Source: Felis catus
Taxonomy: Eukaryota
DNA: 64,000 nucleotides
Assembly: GCF_018350175.1 (NCBI RefSeq)
Contig: NC_058368.1
Span: 176,516,001-176,580,000, forward strand
Direction of reading: 5' to 3'
Below are positions 25,269-37,700 of the stretch, piece by piece; position 1 is the stretch's first letter, and the number at the start of each line of letters is the position of its first letter. The notes under the pieces were generated by a model. It saw only the letters and a program-made list of their open reading frames with translations, searched no databases and was not told the origin of the DNA. The translations under genes and the position numbers were made by a program.

Positions 25269-25534
25269 CAGCTATGTTCATATTCATGCCAACCTTCCAT
25301 TGATGGGAAGTGATTCGAGCTTTCCATTCAGGATAATGATGCAACATTTCCTTTTAAGATACATTTCGTTCAATCAGTCGATGAAAAACAAAGATTTCGT
25401 TTGAAAACAAGCGGGCTGCAGATTTTGCAAAAAGTAGCAAAGCCCTGTGGTGTGACCTGTGGACCTGTGGTGTCCTTGCCACGGCAGCTTTTCAATAAAG
25501 TAATGTGTGTGAAAGAACACTGGAAACCGTCAAG

Positions 25535-25815
25535 TGCTCTCCTCCCTCTTCCCTCCCTCCCTCCCTCCCTTCTCTCCCTCCTCCCTCCCTCCTTCTTTTC
25601 CTTCCTCCTCCCTTCCTCTTCCTTCCTCCCCCACCTTTACTCCTTCCTCCCTCTCTTTTCTTTCCCTCCTCCCTCACTCACTCCTTCCTCCCCTACCCCT
25701 CCTCCTCCCTCCTTCCCTCTCTCCCTCTTCCCTCCCTCCCTTGTCTTCCTTCCTTCCCTCCTCCCTCCCATCCTCCTTCCTCCTCCCTCCCCATCCTTTC
25801 TCTCTCCCTCCTTCC
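25535..25815. repeat. Polypyrimidine (CCT/CCCT-rich) low-complexity tract
   Basis: About 280 bp almost entirely C/T. Confidence 0.9.
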
Positions 25816-28559
25816 ACAAATAATAACAAAGACTCCAGCTAGGTGCTGTGCCCGGTCCTGCCGCTCCAGAGGTGAATAAGTCATGAAGCTTCCTCCTGGA
25901 ATTCGCAGTCTAGTTGGGGAGGCAGACTGGTAACCAGATAATTGTTGCCCTGTGGTTTTTGCCCCCGAAGGTAGGTCTCAGCGGAGCATGTCATTGGAGC
26001 AGAGGGGAGTGGGATTGCCTCACCCAGCAGAGGTGTGAGCTGGGTCAGAAATAGTTGCTGAAGTCCGAATCTGTCTTGAAGACTGGCAGGGGAACTATTG
26101 GGGTAAAGATTGGGAAGGTGTTTCCCGTAGAAAGCTCCACCTGTGTAAAGTCGTGTGGCCTTAGCAAGCACCTCAGGGTGGTGGGGTGCGGGGTGCAGGG
26201 CTTGGGGGTTGAGGCTCAGGGCTGGAGAAGTCCTCAGGGGTCAGTGATAAAACCAAGACCCGTACCATCGTGGAACCACTAAAAGAGCAAAGCACAGCGG
26301 GACTCGGTCGCACTGCATTTGGGGAAGGTCATTTGGGCGCTGGGCCGCCAGCTTGGAGGGGCAGGCCTGGAGTTTGCACTTGAGGACTCTCTCCAGCCTG
26401 ACCCCATGGTCCCTGTACCCCCATGCCTCTGCTCCCTCCAGGCGCATTTGGCCCCACTCCCTCCTGAGCCTTTTGTAAGCCTGGCTCCCACGAGAGAGAG
26501 GCCCCATCCGGCATGGTAAGCAAAGACTGGGTCACACTGATCCAGTGCCCTAACCCAGTTCTGCCATTCTCTGTCTGGACAGTCTTGAACGAGTTACTTC
26601 CCCTCCAGAAGTCAGTTTCTCCATCGGCATCATGGGCAGAATCCCACCTGCCCCAAGGGCCACAGTGAAGCTCAGCCTTGGACCCACAAGCGAGAGTCCT
26701 TCATGGCGAGTGAGGGGCCGTGTGCGAGTGTGGTGTGGGTATTTGCACCCAGTGTCTCCCACTCCTGTCGTGCCTGGCTGACTCAGGGCCTTGACTCAGG
26801 CCTTTGTTGCTCTGCTCTCAGCTCGAAGCACTCCACCCGCTCCTGTCCTTTCCAGCAGATGCTCTGGGTCACGTCTCTGGGTTCACTCACCAATGCTCTG
26901 TCCACACAGGAGGTTGTCAGCCCGCGCTGATAGCCTATCCCCGGCTATCCCTGATAGCCTGACCCCTGCCCCTACCCTGGAAGGCCCCTAGCGGAGGACC
27001 CTTTGACCTAAGTCACTGCTGCCACCTATGCTCTGACCACCTTCCTGTGAGTCGGGGGGACAGCAGAGGCTCAGGTCAAACAGCCTTTCTCCCGTCCACC
27101 ACGGAGCCCCTTCTCTGTGCCAGGCGCAGAGCTAAGCTCTGGGTCGAGAGGGATGGAAGAAACGGGTCACACCTCTCATGCCTGGTGAGTTTGTTCACTC
27201 ACGGTGTGTGTTCACATGAGCATGTGAGTGTGAGGCGGTGTAGGGTTCAGAACTTGGGGGTTGGAGGCATGAAGCTGGAGAGGCCTATAAAGTTCAGGGT
27301 ACAGCTCCGTGGGGAGATGACCATACCCAGGCAAATAAGATCATGTCTGTCGGAGTATCAGGGAGGCAGGAAACAGGGCCCTCCAGGGAAAGATGGGAGG
27401 CTTTGTTGGAGCCCTAGCGGTGGAGGAGAGTGAGGCTCTGGGGGGCGTGTGGACCGGACTTGCTGACGGCTGGGACCCAGCAATCCTGATGAGCTGTCGC
27501 CAGAGAACTTGGCTGGCCCTCCAGGCGGCTCTGAGACTTCCGAGCCCGGGGAACCATCTGCGCCAGTGTGGAGACCTGGGTTCCAGTCTTGGGTCTGCCC
27601 CTCCCTGACGGCGTGGCCTTGGGCGAATCACCTTGGCTCCTGGGCTCTCATTTCATTATCTCCAGAAGGGGAATCGTAACAGTAACCGTACTGTCCTCTT
27701 GAGTGATGATGACAAATGCACATAAAATCACATCAAAGAACTCAGCAGGGTGCTGGCACCAGGAGGTGCTAAATAAATGTTAATTTTCACTGGCCATACT
27801 CTCTTCCTTCTCACCAGTGACCCTCAAGATTTCCAGGAACCCTGAAGACCCTGCTTGGGCTGTGGCTCCTTCTACAGTCTCCCCATCAGTAAAATGGGGT
27901 AATAACAGAACTTGGTACATAGTGAGTGTGCTCGCTCAGTGTTAGTGGCAGCTGGGATTGTCAGATGTCCCTTTCGCCTGTACCTGGCAGACCCCCTTCA
28001 GAATCTGGCCACTGAATCTGCCCCTGACCCCACTGGCACCTCTTGCCTCCTCCCCGTGACGCCAGTGGACTTTTATGCCTCAGGGCCTTTGCTCCAGCTG
28101 CTCCCTCTGCCTGGTTCACCCTTCCCTCTAGTTGACTCCCTGCTGCCCTCCTTACTCCCTGTCCTTAGGCACTCTGTCACATCACTCTTGTATTGTCTCC
28201 AGATACTTGTCAGGATCTGAAAGGATCTTTCTTACTTCTTCTATTTATCTGTTTATTATCTGCCCTTCTTAGTTTGGAAGTTCTAGAAGGCATGGCCTAT
28301 ATCCTGTCTCCGGCTCTGATCCCAGCTCATAGTACGATCCCAGCACCCAGTAGGCACACAGTGCATATTTGCTGGGAGAAGGAAGGAAGGAAGGAAGAGA
28401 AGGAGGAAGGAAGGAAAGAGAGGAAGGAGAGGAAGAGGGCAGTGGAGCCGTGGAAGGAGGCAAGGAGGAGTGGCTGGGGGTGGGGAGCCCCACACCCTCT
28501 CCACGCAGTCCTTTTTCAGGTTTCTGTGGTGACTTTCACCTGAGCTTGCTTGCTTGCTT

Positions 28560-29810
28560 TCAAATTTTTATTTTGTTGTGGTAAGAACACTTAAGGTGAG
28601 ATCTATCTTCTTGACAGATGTTTAAGTGTATGATACAGTGTTGTTAACTATAGGCAGATCTCTAGAACTTACTCATCTTGTGCGACTGAAACTGTATACC
28701 TGTTGAAGGATAATTGCCCTTCCCCCTCCCCCCTGCCCCTGGCAGCCACCATTCTTCTCTGCTTCTACGAGTTCGAGGCTTCATGTGTAACCGGAATCAT
28801 GCAGTATCTGTCCTTCTGTGACTGACTTGTTTCCCTCAGCACAATGTCCTCAAGGTTCATCCATGTTGTTGCATATGGTAGGGTTTCCTTTTTTTAGTTA
28901 GTGTTGTTATTGTTATTATTATTTATTATTATTGTATTTATTCATTTATTATTATTATTATATTGTATATATATATATTTTTAGAGAAAGAGTGTGTGCA
29001 CATACGCACATGTGCAAGCAGGGGAGAGGGGCAGAGGGAGAGAGAGAATCTTAAGCAGGCTCCATGCTCAGGGCAGAACCCGATGCCAGACTCAATCCCA
29101 TGACCCTGGGATCATGATCTGAGCCGACATCAAGACTCAGAAGCTCAACCTACTGAGCCACCCCAGCACCCCGGGATTTCCTTTTTTAAAGGCTGATAAT
29201 ATTCGATTGTATGTCTATACTACGTTTTCTTTACCCATCCATCTGTCCGTGAACACTTAGGTTGTCTCCACATGTTGGCTATTGTGACTAATGTTGCACT
29301 GAACATCAAACCAAAGCTTCTGCACAGCAAAGGAAACAGTAAACAGTGAAAAGGCGACCCATGGAATGGGAGGAACTATTTACGAGCCATACGTCAAGTA
29401 AGGGAGATATATCCGGAATATTAAAAGAACTTCTGCAACTCAATAGCAAAAAACCAAATAACCCGATTAAAAAATGGACTAAGGACTTGAACAGATATCT
29501 CTCCAAAGAAAATACCCAAATGGCTAACACGTATATGAGAAGATGCTCAACGTCACTAGTCATCAGGAAAATGCAAATCAAAACCTCACTACTGTTAGGA
29601 TGGCTATTGTTAAAAAAAAAACAAAGACAACAAGCGGTCGGTGAGGATGCTGAGAATTCAGACCCTTGCACACTTTTGGTGGGAATGCAAAATGGTGCAG
29701 CCACTACGGAAAACACAATATGGATGTTCTTTAAAACATTAAAAATCAATTCACCATATAATCCAGTGATCCCCCTTCTGCATATATGTACCCAAATGAA
29801 TTGAAACCAA
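28560..29810 (-). mobile_element. L1 (L1MA/MB-type) 3' fragment with inverted 5' segment
   Basis: 28560-29305 is an antisense L1 3' end. 29303-29810 is sense ORF2 C-terminal sequence ([11 protein letters not shown]...[18 protein letters not shown]...[14 protein letters not shown]). Confidence 0.85.
28890..29172 (-). mobile_element. CAN-SINE inserted into the L1
   Basis: (TTA)n-degenerate tail and SINE body, flanked by gg(g/a)tttcctttttt. Confidence 0.85.
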
Positions 29811-32264
29811 GCTCTCTTTTGAAGTGGTCAGTACTCTCCTTCCCCAGGTGTCTATTGGCCAGAGGTCACTGTCCTTCCCCCCAACAATTGCCTGGGTACC
29901 TTGTTGGGGTGCTCAGGAAACATCTGCTGACAGGATTAACAAGCCCAGAAATTTCTAAGTGTGGTTTATCTTCAGCTAGTGAAGATTTCCTTGAACAAGG
30001 GGCCTCTGCCGCCACCTACTGGACATCTGGGAGAAAGGGCTCCTATATTCACCCACGGAGCCCCTCTGGATATCTGGTCATTTATAAATAAACGCCAAGA
30101 ACAAGAGCCAATAGCAACAGCCATGATTACTCTAGGTCAGACATTGCACTAGGTGCTTTAAAGACATGATGTCTTAATCTCCAACAACCTTGATATGTGG
30201 CTGGGGTTATCTTCATGTGACACAGAGAGATGAGGAAACACTCAGAGAGGAAGAATGGTCAAGGTCACACAGCTAGTGAATGGCCAAGTCTGGAGTCTCT
30301 CTGGCCCCAAAGGAGAGCTGAGAAGTGTCCTGGGGAAAGGCAGAGAGGGAATGAGAGGGCGGGCAGGAAAGATGGGAGAATGGAGAGGAGAGCCATAGAA
30401 GGCTCTAGAAACTACTCCCGGTGCCCTTCCCAAGAAGGTTCACTCACAGTCACTCTATGTCACGGCACCCATGCTGTGACCTCCTCGGGACATCCTCCCA
30501 ACTACCTTGAGCGCTAATGCTGGGAAGCCTCCTTTCAGCCACCTCCAGAAATGCTTAGTGCCTCTGTCTGCTTCTGGGCCTCCTCTATACCTGGCTACCT
30601 CCCCAGCCAGGGAAGGTTAACTAAAGGAGACCACTGATCCGGGGCAGGCTCATCTCGAAATGTATATCTGATGAATGAGCGATGCTGCAAAATGCGCATT
30701 TTTATCCCCACCTTACGGATGGATGAGGGAACTGAGGCTTGGAAGGGGGGAGGCGATTTGCCCAGGGCCACACGGTTATGTTGGGGTAGGACCCTGACAG
30801 TAGTTCCCTGAGTCGCCTCCCAGAGGCATCCATCAGAGAAAGCTCTGGGTGGCTGGACCCCCTCACGGCTCGCTTATGCCCTCGGCTCCCACCTGGGATC
30901 AAAGGCAGCACTGCAGGAAGCCCTTCCCATCCCTGACTTCCCCAGAACTGGGACAGGCTTTGACGTCAACACGTCCACATTCCTGCCCTCCAGTCCCAGG
31001 GCGGGGGCACTGATTTCCTCCCTCCAGCCTTGGCATCACAAACAGGAAGCCGGGTCATGTGGGTGGGTTGGGGTGGGACAGCAGCAGGAGGGGGGAGGGG
31101 GCCCTGTCCAGGCATCAGCTCCCAGCCAGCACCTACCTGGCTGGGCTCCTGGGGAGGGCCAGGAGCTGGTGCTATAATGTGTCCCCAGGGTCACACTGTT
31201 CCCAAGGCACTTACAGAGGGCCCTCCGTGACTCCATCCCTGCTGGCCTCCACTTAGCTACTGCTCTGGCATTGATTGACTGAGCTCACTGTAATGGTCAT
31301 CGCAGGTTGGGTACTTCACGTGAGTTCTCTCATTTAATTCTGGTAAACAATCCTCTATCTTCCTCTGACAGATGAAGAAACTGAGCACTGGCCGGTGACA
31401 GCCGATGCCCAAAGTGCCACAGCAGTGGGGAGTGGGCAGGGTGGGGACCGGACCCCGGAGTGTCTGGCCCAGAGCGAGCACAAACAGCCCCACGAACCCA
31501 GCCCCTGCCACTGCAGTATTGGGAAAATGCAAATCTGCTTGTGTTCCCCCTGGGCTAACCCCTCTGCCATCTGACTGTGCTCTGAGGATGGCATTCTATG
31601 TCCCTTATCTCGGCATTCTATGCCCCCTATCTCCTGTTGCCCTCACCTTCCCAGTCAGATTTCCTGCTTTAAATGTATTGAGCCACTGCTGATTCCGGAA
31701 AACGTCTCATTTTTTTTTTTTTTCATAATGACCATCTTTTATAGAGGAGGGATCTGATGGTCAAAGAGGGGATGGAATTTGTATCAGGTCCATAAAACCA
31801 ATGGAGGGGGGCCGAGTCAGACTCACTCAGGTGTGGCTCGTCCAATGCCCTCCATGCCCACGTTTCTCAGATGTTAGGAGGCTTGTTCAGATGACAGCTT
31901 CCTGGGCCCAACCTGGGAGATGCAGGGAGGGGCCCAGGAACCTGCATTGCCAGTGATCTCCACCCCCACCCCCCACCCTGTGAGTTTGAGTACCTCTGCT
32001 TCCCAACACTCTGTGGCCACCAGGGCTGCCTGATGGGCTCCCAGTTGTCACGGAAGCTGTAAGACTTTACCTTGGGAGGCTCTTCCAGCCCGTGGGCCCT
32101 ACCCACCCAGGGATCTTATCAGTCAGAGACCACCTTTCCCAAGGAACAGCCTGATTTCCCAAACCCCTTCTCCCGCAGGGCCCCGCAGGGACGACTCCAC
32201 GCTTCCCTCCTCTTTGCCTCACCTTCCCAAGGGGCAGGTGCATTTCACATACCTGAGGAAGGGC

Positions 32265-32392
32265 TCGATACCCTATAGGATGCCCTGGAGGGTGGTAGAC
32301 ACGGAAGGCCCTGCCCTGAATCTCTGGTTTGGGGGGGCCGGTGTCTCAGGTTCTGCTGCTGCTGCTCAGGACCACACATGGAGAACCACTGG
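32265..32392. mobile_element. MER5A-like fragment
   Basis: gaatctctgg...ttctgctgctgctg..ggaccacac.tggagaaccactg. Confidence 0.55.
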
Positions 32393-32959
32393 TGTAGAGG
32401 ATGTGAGATGCAGGGGTGGCTAGCCAGCAGGCAGGGGGTGGGCGGTGGGGGGGGGGGTGGGGAGGTCACCATTTTCTACCAGGTACAGTTGTGCCTCAGT
32501 TTCCTCATCGACCAACGTGGAGAACAAGAATACCTACTTCTCCGAGCGGTGCTGAGGTTTGAAAGGCACGTGAGAGTAAGGGGCTAACTGGTATTTGTGT
32601 TTTCTTCCCACTCAGAAGTCCTTTTCCGGGCAGGTTCCTTCCACAAATGTTTCTGGGCATCTGTTTCTCCCCCTGAGGCTCTCGGGCTCTGGTTCCCACA
32701 GGAGCAGGGAGGATTTTTGCCATCACTCTGATTTCTGCGGGACTTAAAGCATTAGCTCCGTGGGGCAGGTGCTGCTGGTTCAACAACCCTATTTGACAGA
32801 GGGGGACACAAGCGGTGGCTGAGCCTCCTCTGTGCATACAGCTGAGAAATGTCAGGGGAGGGAATCAAACTGGGTCTCAAACTCGAGTTGCCTGCGGTGC
32901 TTCTCCGGGAGATCACCACGCCCACCCTAAAGGAGGAGACCCCAGGCACCCAGCTCCAT

Positions 32960-32960
<1 letters not shown>

Positions 32961-32996
<36 letters not shown>
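32961..32996 (+). repeat. Poly-C homopolymer (36 nt)
   Basis: Directly visible. Confidence 0.9.
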
Positions 32997-33048
32997 TGGA
33001 CCCCATGGGTCTTAGGGCAGACTTGTCTGCAGGACCATTTCTCAGGTT

Positions 33049-33067
33049 ATGGCGCCCTCTAGTGGTC
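33049..33067 (-). promoter_or_regulatory. CTCF core motif (reverse orientation)
   Basis: Minus strand reads GACCACTAGAGGGCGCCAT, a near-consensus CTCF core. Confidence 0.7.
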
Positions 33068-33685
33068 CTCGTGCAAAGACGAGGAAGGCCTAGAAAGGAG
33101 AGGCTTGAACAGGAATTAACTAAGAGAAGGGGGTAGGGCTGGAGGTGGGCATCTGGTGGAGTTTTAGGCGGAAGGCAGGGTGTATGCAAAGGTCTTGAGT
33201 TGGGAAGCAAGCCTGGTGCGTGAGCTGGCTGGATCTGGGCTGAGTGGGGCAGATGGGAGGGGGACAGTGATGGGAGACTCTGGAAGGGGCAGGCCCAACC
33301 TCACAGGACCTCCTGGGTCTCTGGGAAATTTGCTCGTTTCCTCCAGTGCATCAGGTGTCAGGGTTAAGGTGTGGGCTCTGGCCACAGGCCTATGTGGATT
33401 TGAATCCTGTCTCTGTGTTATGCCAGCTGTGTGGCCTCTGGCAAGTTGCTGAAGCCCTTTGTGTCTCAGTTTCCTTCCTTGGGTGATTGGGATCTTAACG
33501 AGCTGCCCCCGTAGGGCCCCCGTGAGGAGTGAGTCTGCACAGGTAACACAACGGGAACAGTGCAGGACCCTTGGGCGTGCCTGTGAGTGCTGGCGGATAT
33601 TACGCTGCTGTTCTAGTTCTTGGAGAGTTCTGGGGCGGAATCCCCGTGGCAGAAGGACTGTGGCCTCTGAGGAGGATGGCTTGAG

Positions 33686-33686
<1 letters not shown>

Positions 33687-33723
<37 letters not shown>
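33687..33723 (+). repeat. Poly-G homopolymer (37 nt)
   Basis: Directly visible. Confidence 0.9.
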
Positions 33724-34555
33724 CGGCGTTGTAGCCCATCTGAGGAGAGATGACGGGCACAAGGACCAGGGTGCTGGTGGGGAGGAGAGGACACGTTCCG
33801 CGTAAAGTGAGGAGGTGAAATCAACGGGGCTTGGTTGATGGATTGGATATGGTGGGGTGGGGGGTGTGAGGGAGAGAGCGGGTCCCCCATGACTCCCGAG
33901 ACCCAGCCCTGCACCGCTGGGTGGAACTCGAGACCCGGGGGTTGTTATTTGATCAACTGGGATTGAGTAAGTGACTGGTGGGGGGAGAGCTGGAGTATGC
34001 AGGAGGTCCGGGGTTCGTTTGCAGCTGCTGGGTGATGGCCCCGAGGAGCTTTCTGGAAGAGGATGGCTGTAAGCACAGCACTCCAGGTGAGAAAGGGATT
34101 CTGGATCACCTGCCCCAAGGCCGTCATTGAAGCCAAAGTCGAGGAGGCCATGATGAGGGAGAGGACGCAGATGTGAAGGAGGCCAGGCCTGGTTCTGAGC
34201 ACCAAGGAGAGCCCACCGGCAATGGCTGGTTAGGGAAGGGTGAGCTGGAGAAGACTCCTGGACCTACCGGCAACTGGCCCGGGAAGGCACATCTCTGTCT
34301 GCCAGGCCTGAGCTCCATCCGCCATGTGCACCCTCCCTGTTTCTTTCAAATGCCCCTCCCCTGCTCCCTGTCCTGCACCGCGAGGTCATTCCAGGAATGC
34401 TTTCTACTCCCTTGCCTCCCCCTCTCTTTCCATACCCGTCCTCTGTGCGGCCCCAACAGCCCACATAGTGAGGGTCTCACCAAAGGCCCACACGCTCAGC
34501 TCCTCTCATCGCTTCCCATTATCATTTCCGTCATTTTTCTTTTTCTTGAAGAAAC

Positions 34556-34597
34556 ATTTTTTTAATGTCTATTTATTTTTGAGAGAGAGAGAGAGAG

Positions 34598-34635
<38 letters not shown>

Positions 34636-34797
34636 AAGCGGGGGAGGGGCGGAGAGAGGGAGACACAGAAACTAAGGCAGGCTCCAGACTCTGAGCTGTC
34701 AGCACGGAGTCTGACGCGGGGCTCGAACTCACAAACCGTAAGATTATGACCCCGGCCGAAGTTGGACGCCTAACCGACTGAGCCACCCAGGCGCCCC
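34556..34797 (-). mobile_element. CAN-SINE with expanded (GA)n(GT)n microsatellite at 34581-34634
   Basis: Typical body with a compound dinucleotide repeat. Confidence 0.92.
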
Positions 34798-35312
34798 TTC
34801 GGGTTACTTTTCTACCATGGGCTCGGTGAGTTTTTATTTGGATTTGGTTAGCTTGGAGGTTGTTAGCATTTCTTAAAACTGTGTCTGGAGGTCTTTCATA
34901 ACCTTTGTAACATTTTTAGCCACCATCCCTTTGAATATTGCTTCCGCTTTTCTCAGTATTCTCTCCTTTTTGAGAACAGATCTCACGTATGTGCTGAACT
35001 GTGCCCCTCTCTCACAGATTCATAGGGGGAGTCCTAACCCCGAGTACCTCAGAATGGGACTGTGTTTGGAGAGAGAGCCTTTAGAGAAGAAACTAAGGTA
35101 ACTTGAGGTCCATAAATGGAGATTCTGCCTTCCTGGGGCCCCCCAGGCAGGTTCCCAGATAACTCCCAAGCAGAGGCAAGGATGGGGATGGTATACAGTA
35201 AGTGCTCAGTAAATGGTTACTGGGCAAGTGGTGAGAGGCAGCAGAGGAAGCATTGGGAAGGAGGGCGTGTAACAGTCACCTTGAAAGGTAAAGTTAGATG
35301 TGTACTTCAAGA

Positions 35313-35761
35313 TTTTTTTTTTTTTAATTTTTTTTTCCCAACGTTTTTGTTTATTTTTGGGACAGAGAGAGACAGAGCATGAATGGGGAAGGGGCAGAGA
35401 GAGAGGGAGACACAGAATCAGAAACAGGCTCCAGGCTCTGAGCCATCAGCCCAGAGCCCGATGCGGGGCTCGAACTCACGGACTGTAAGATCGTGACCTG
35501 GCTGAAGTCAGACGCTTAACCAACTGCGCCACCCAGGCGCCCCAAGATTTTTTTTTAATGTTTATTTATTATTGAGAGATAGAGAGACACAGAGCGTGAG
35601 CCGGGGAGGAGCAGAGAGAGGGGGAGACACAGAATCTGAAGCAGGCTCCAGGCTCCGTGCTGTCAGCACAGAGCCAGGCGCCGGGCTCAAACTCACAAAC
35701 CGCGAGATCATGACCTGAGCCCAAGTCAGACGCTTAACCGACTGAGCCACCCAGGCACCCC
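35313..35761 (-). mobile_element. Nested SINE pair: young SINE (35313-35543) in the tail of an older SINE (35548-35761)
   Basis: Inner TSD aagattttttttt. Outer TSD aga(t/c)gtgt(a/g)cttcaaga at 35296-35312 and 35763-35779. Confidence 0.9.
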
Positions 35762-35898
35762 GAGACGTGTGCTTCAAGAGTTTAAGCGAAATAAATTCTA
35801 GATGACTCTATTACCCAAATGTTTCTTAAAACCACATAAATGTCCTAGAAAATAACAGGTGGATACTTATATAATCTTTGGATTGAAAAGTTATTTTA

Positions 35899-36122
35899 TT
35901 TTTAAAAAAAAAATTTTTTTTTCAACGTTTATTTTTTGGGACAGAGAGAGACAGAGCATGAACAGGGGAGGGGCAGAGAGAGAGGGAGACACAGAATCAG
36001 AAACAGGCTCCAGGCTCCAAGCCATCAGCCCAGAGCCTGACGCGGGGCTCGAACTCACGGACTGCGAGATCGTGACCTGGCTGAAGTCGGACGCTTAACC
36101 GACTGCGCCACCCAGGCGCCCC
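35899..36122 (-). mobile_element. Young felid SINE
   Basis: Perfect TSD TGAAAAGTTATTTTA at 35884-35898 and 36123-36137. Confidence 0.95.
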
Positions 36123-36137
36123 TGAAAAGTTATTTTA

Positions 36138-36765
36138 AAGATTCACACCAAAGGCAAAAAAACAAAGGAACGGATTGATAGCTTTGGCTAACAAATTATA
36201 ATTTTTCTCTTTACCTATGAAACATCCAAATAAAATTGAAAGTCAAATCATAAAGTAGGAGAAATACTTTCAACATATCTGGCCAACAAAAGATCGTCGT
36301 TTTTACTAGCATTCTTACGATGTGGCAATAACTCCTGTCAAAAAATCAGCAAAGGACAAGGAAAAGCAATTCACAATAAGATAGGCAATACTCCAACAAT
36401 AAAATGTAGTGGTTGCCAATAATAAGAAACGGTTATTGCGACATCAGTGAGATGCCTTATATTGAAAGTATCCCACGGATTGAAGATGAAAAGTAAATCA
36501 TACCCAGAGTTAGGTTATAGGGAAGTAGATATTCCCACGTTGTCGGGGAAGTTGTAAATTGTTTCAGTGTTTTTGGAGAGCCGTTTGGCAGCAGAAGTCT
36601 AAAGCCTTAGATCTTTGCATATTTTTTGACTTAACTTTCCTCTTTAAGGAATTTCTTCTATAGAAATTGTGAGATGAGCAAAAAGAGCTTCAAGGACCGC
36701 ATCATAGTGCTGTTAATAACTGGGAAATTTTGCATTCAATTAACATGTTTACTAATAAGGGAACG
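36138..36765 (+). mobile_element. Ancient L1M ORF2-derived fragment
   Basis: A-rich, with degenerate ORF2 C-terminal motifs (cagcaaaggac...gcaattcaca; gtaaattg...tttttggagagccgtttggcag). Confidence 0.55.
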
Positions 36766-36768
36766 ATG

Positions 36769-36955
36769 GAGGCGCCTGGGTGGCTCAGTCAGTTAAGCTT
36801 CCAACTCCTTGATGTCTGCTCAGGTCATGATCCTGGGGTCCTGGGATGGAACCCCGCGGTGGGCTCTGTGCTGAGTGTGGAGCCTGCTTAGGATTCTCTC
36901 TCTCCCTTCCTCTGCCACTCTTCTTCATTTGTGCTCTCTCTAAAATAAAAAAAAA
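36769..36955 (+). mobile_element. CAN-SINE
   Basis: ggcgcctgggtggctcagtcagttaagc head, (CT)n tract and A tail. Confidence 0.88.
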
Positions 36956-37299
36956 GGGGGGGGGGGAAGGTGAATAAATTGTGGATCATCCAATCAATGG
37001 AATACTGTTCCATTCTTAGAATTGCTGATAAAAATACATGGTAGCAATTCAGAAAATGGCAATAATTGGCCTAGAAGCCACCACTCAGCTGAGGGAGCCT
37101 CAGGGCCACAGGAGCTGAGCAGGGTGACCGCCCATCTCCCTGGCAGACCCTCGGTGACCCCGCCATGCCTCCCAGCCCTCCCTCCCAGCCTTCCGGGCCT
37201 TCCTTCTGCTTCCAGACTTTCACTGGGGCCTGTAACACCAGTAAAACCCCTCAGCTGGCCCGATCCTGCCCACCCCCCTCTTCTCTCTCCTTCCCCCCC

Positions 37300-37700
37300 T
37301 GCCCCCTCTCTGTCGCTCGCACAACACACACTCCCGCCTCCACTCACCCACCCACACACCAACCCTCTCTTGCACACCTCACACTCACCCACCCGCATTC
37401 ACATACTCAACACTCCCAGAACCTCACGCCCGCAAACACATTCACGCTCACACGCAGGGACACTCAGCTACCCATATATTCACACGCACTCGCACACTAA
37501 CGTGCACACACACTTTCGTGCCCGCACTCAGCACATCCTTACACCACCCATACACACGCACATCACTCCCACCCACATGGTTGCACACTCACACTCACCC
37601 CCCCCCCCACATATTCGCACATGCTCATACTAATGCCCCTTCACATATGCTCCTGCACTCACGCTGGACACAGGCACTCACGTGCACACTCACGCACCTC
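37300..37700. repeat. Degenerate (CA)-rich low-complexity tract
   Basis: Directly visible. Confidence 0.8.

Noticed and set aside
29346..29804. 152-aa ORF
   Set aside because: Decayed L1 ORF2 C-terminal fragment, not a host gene.
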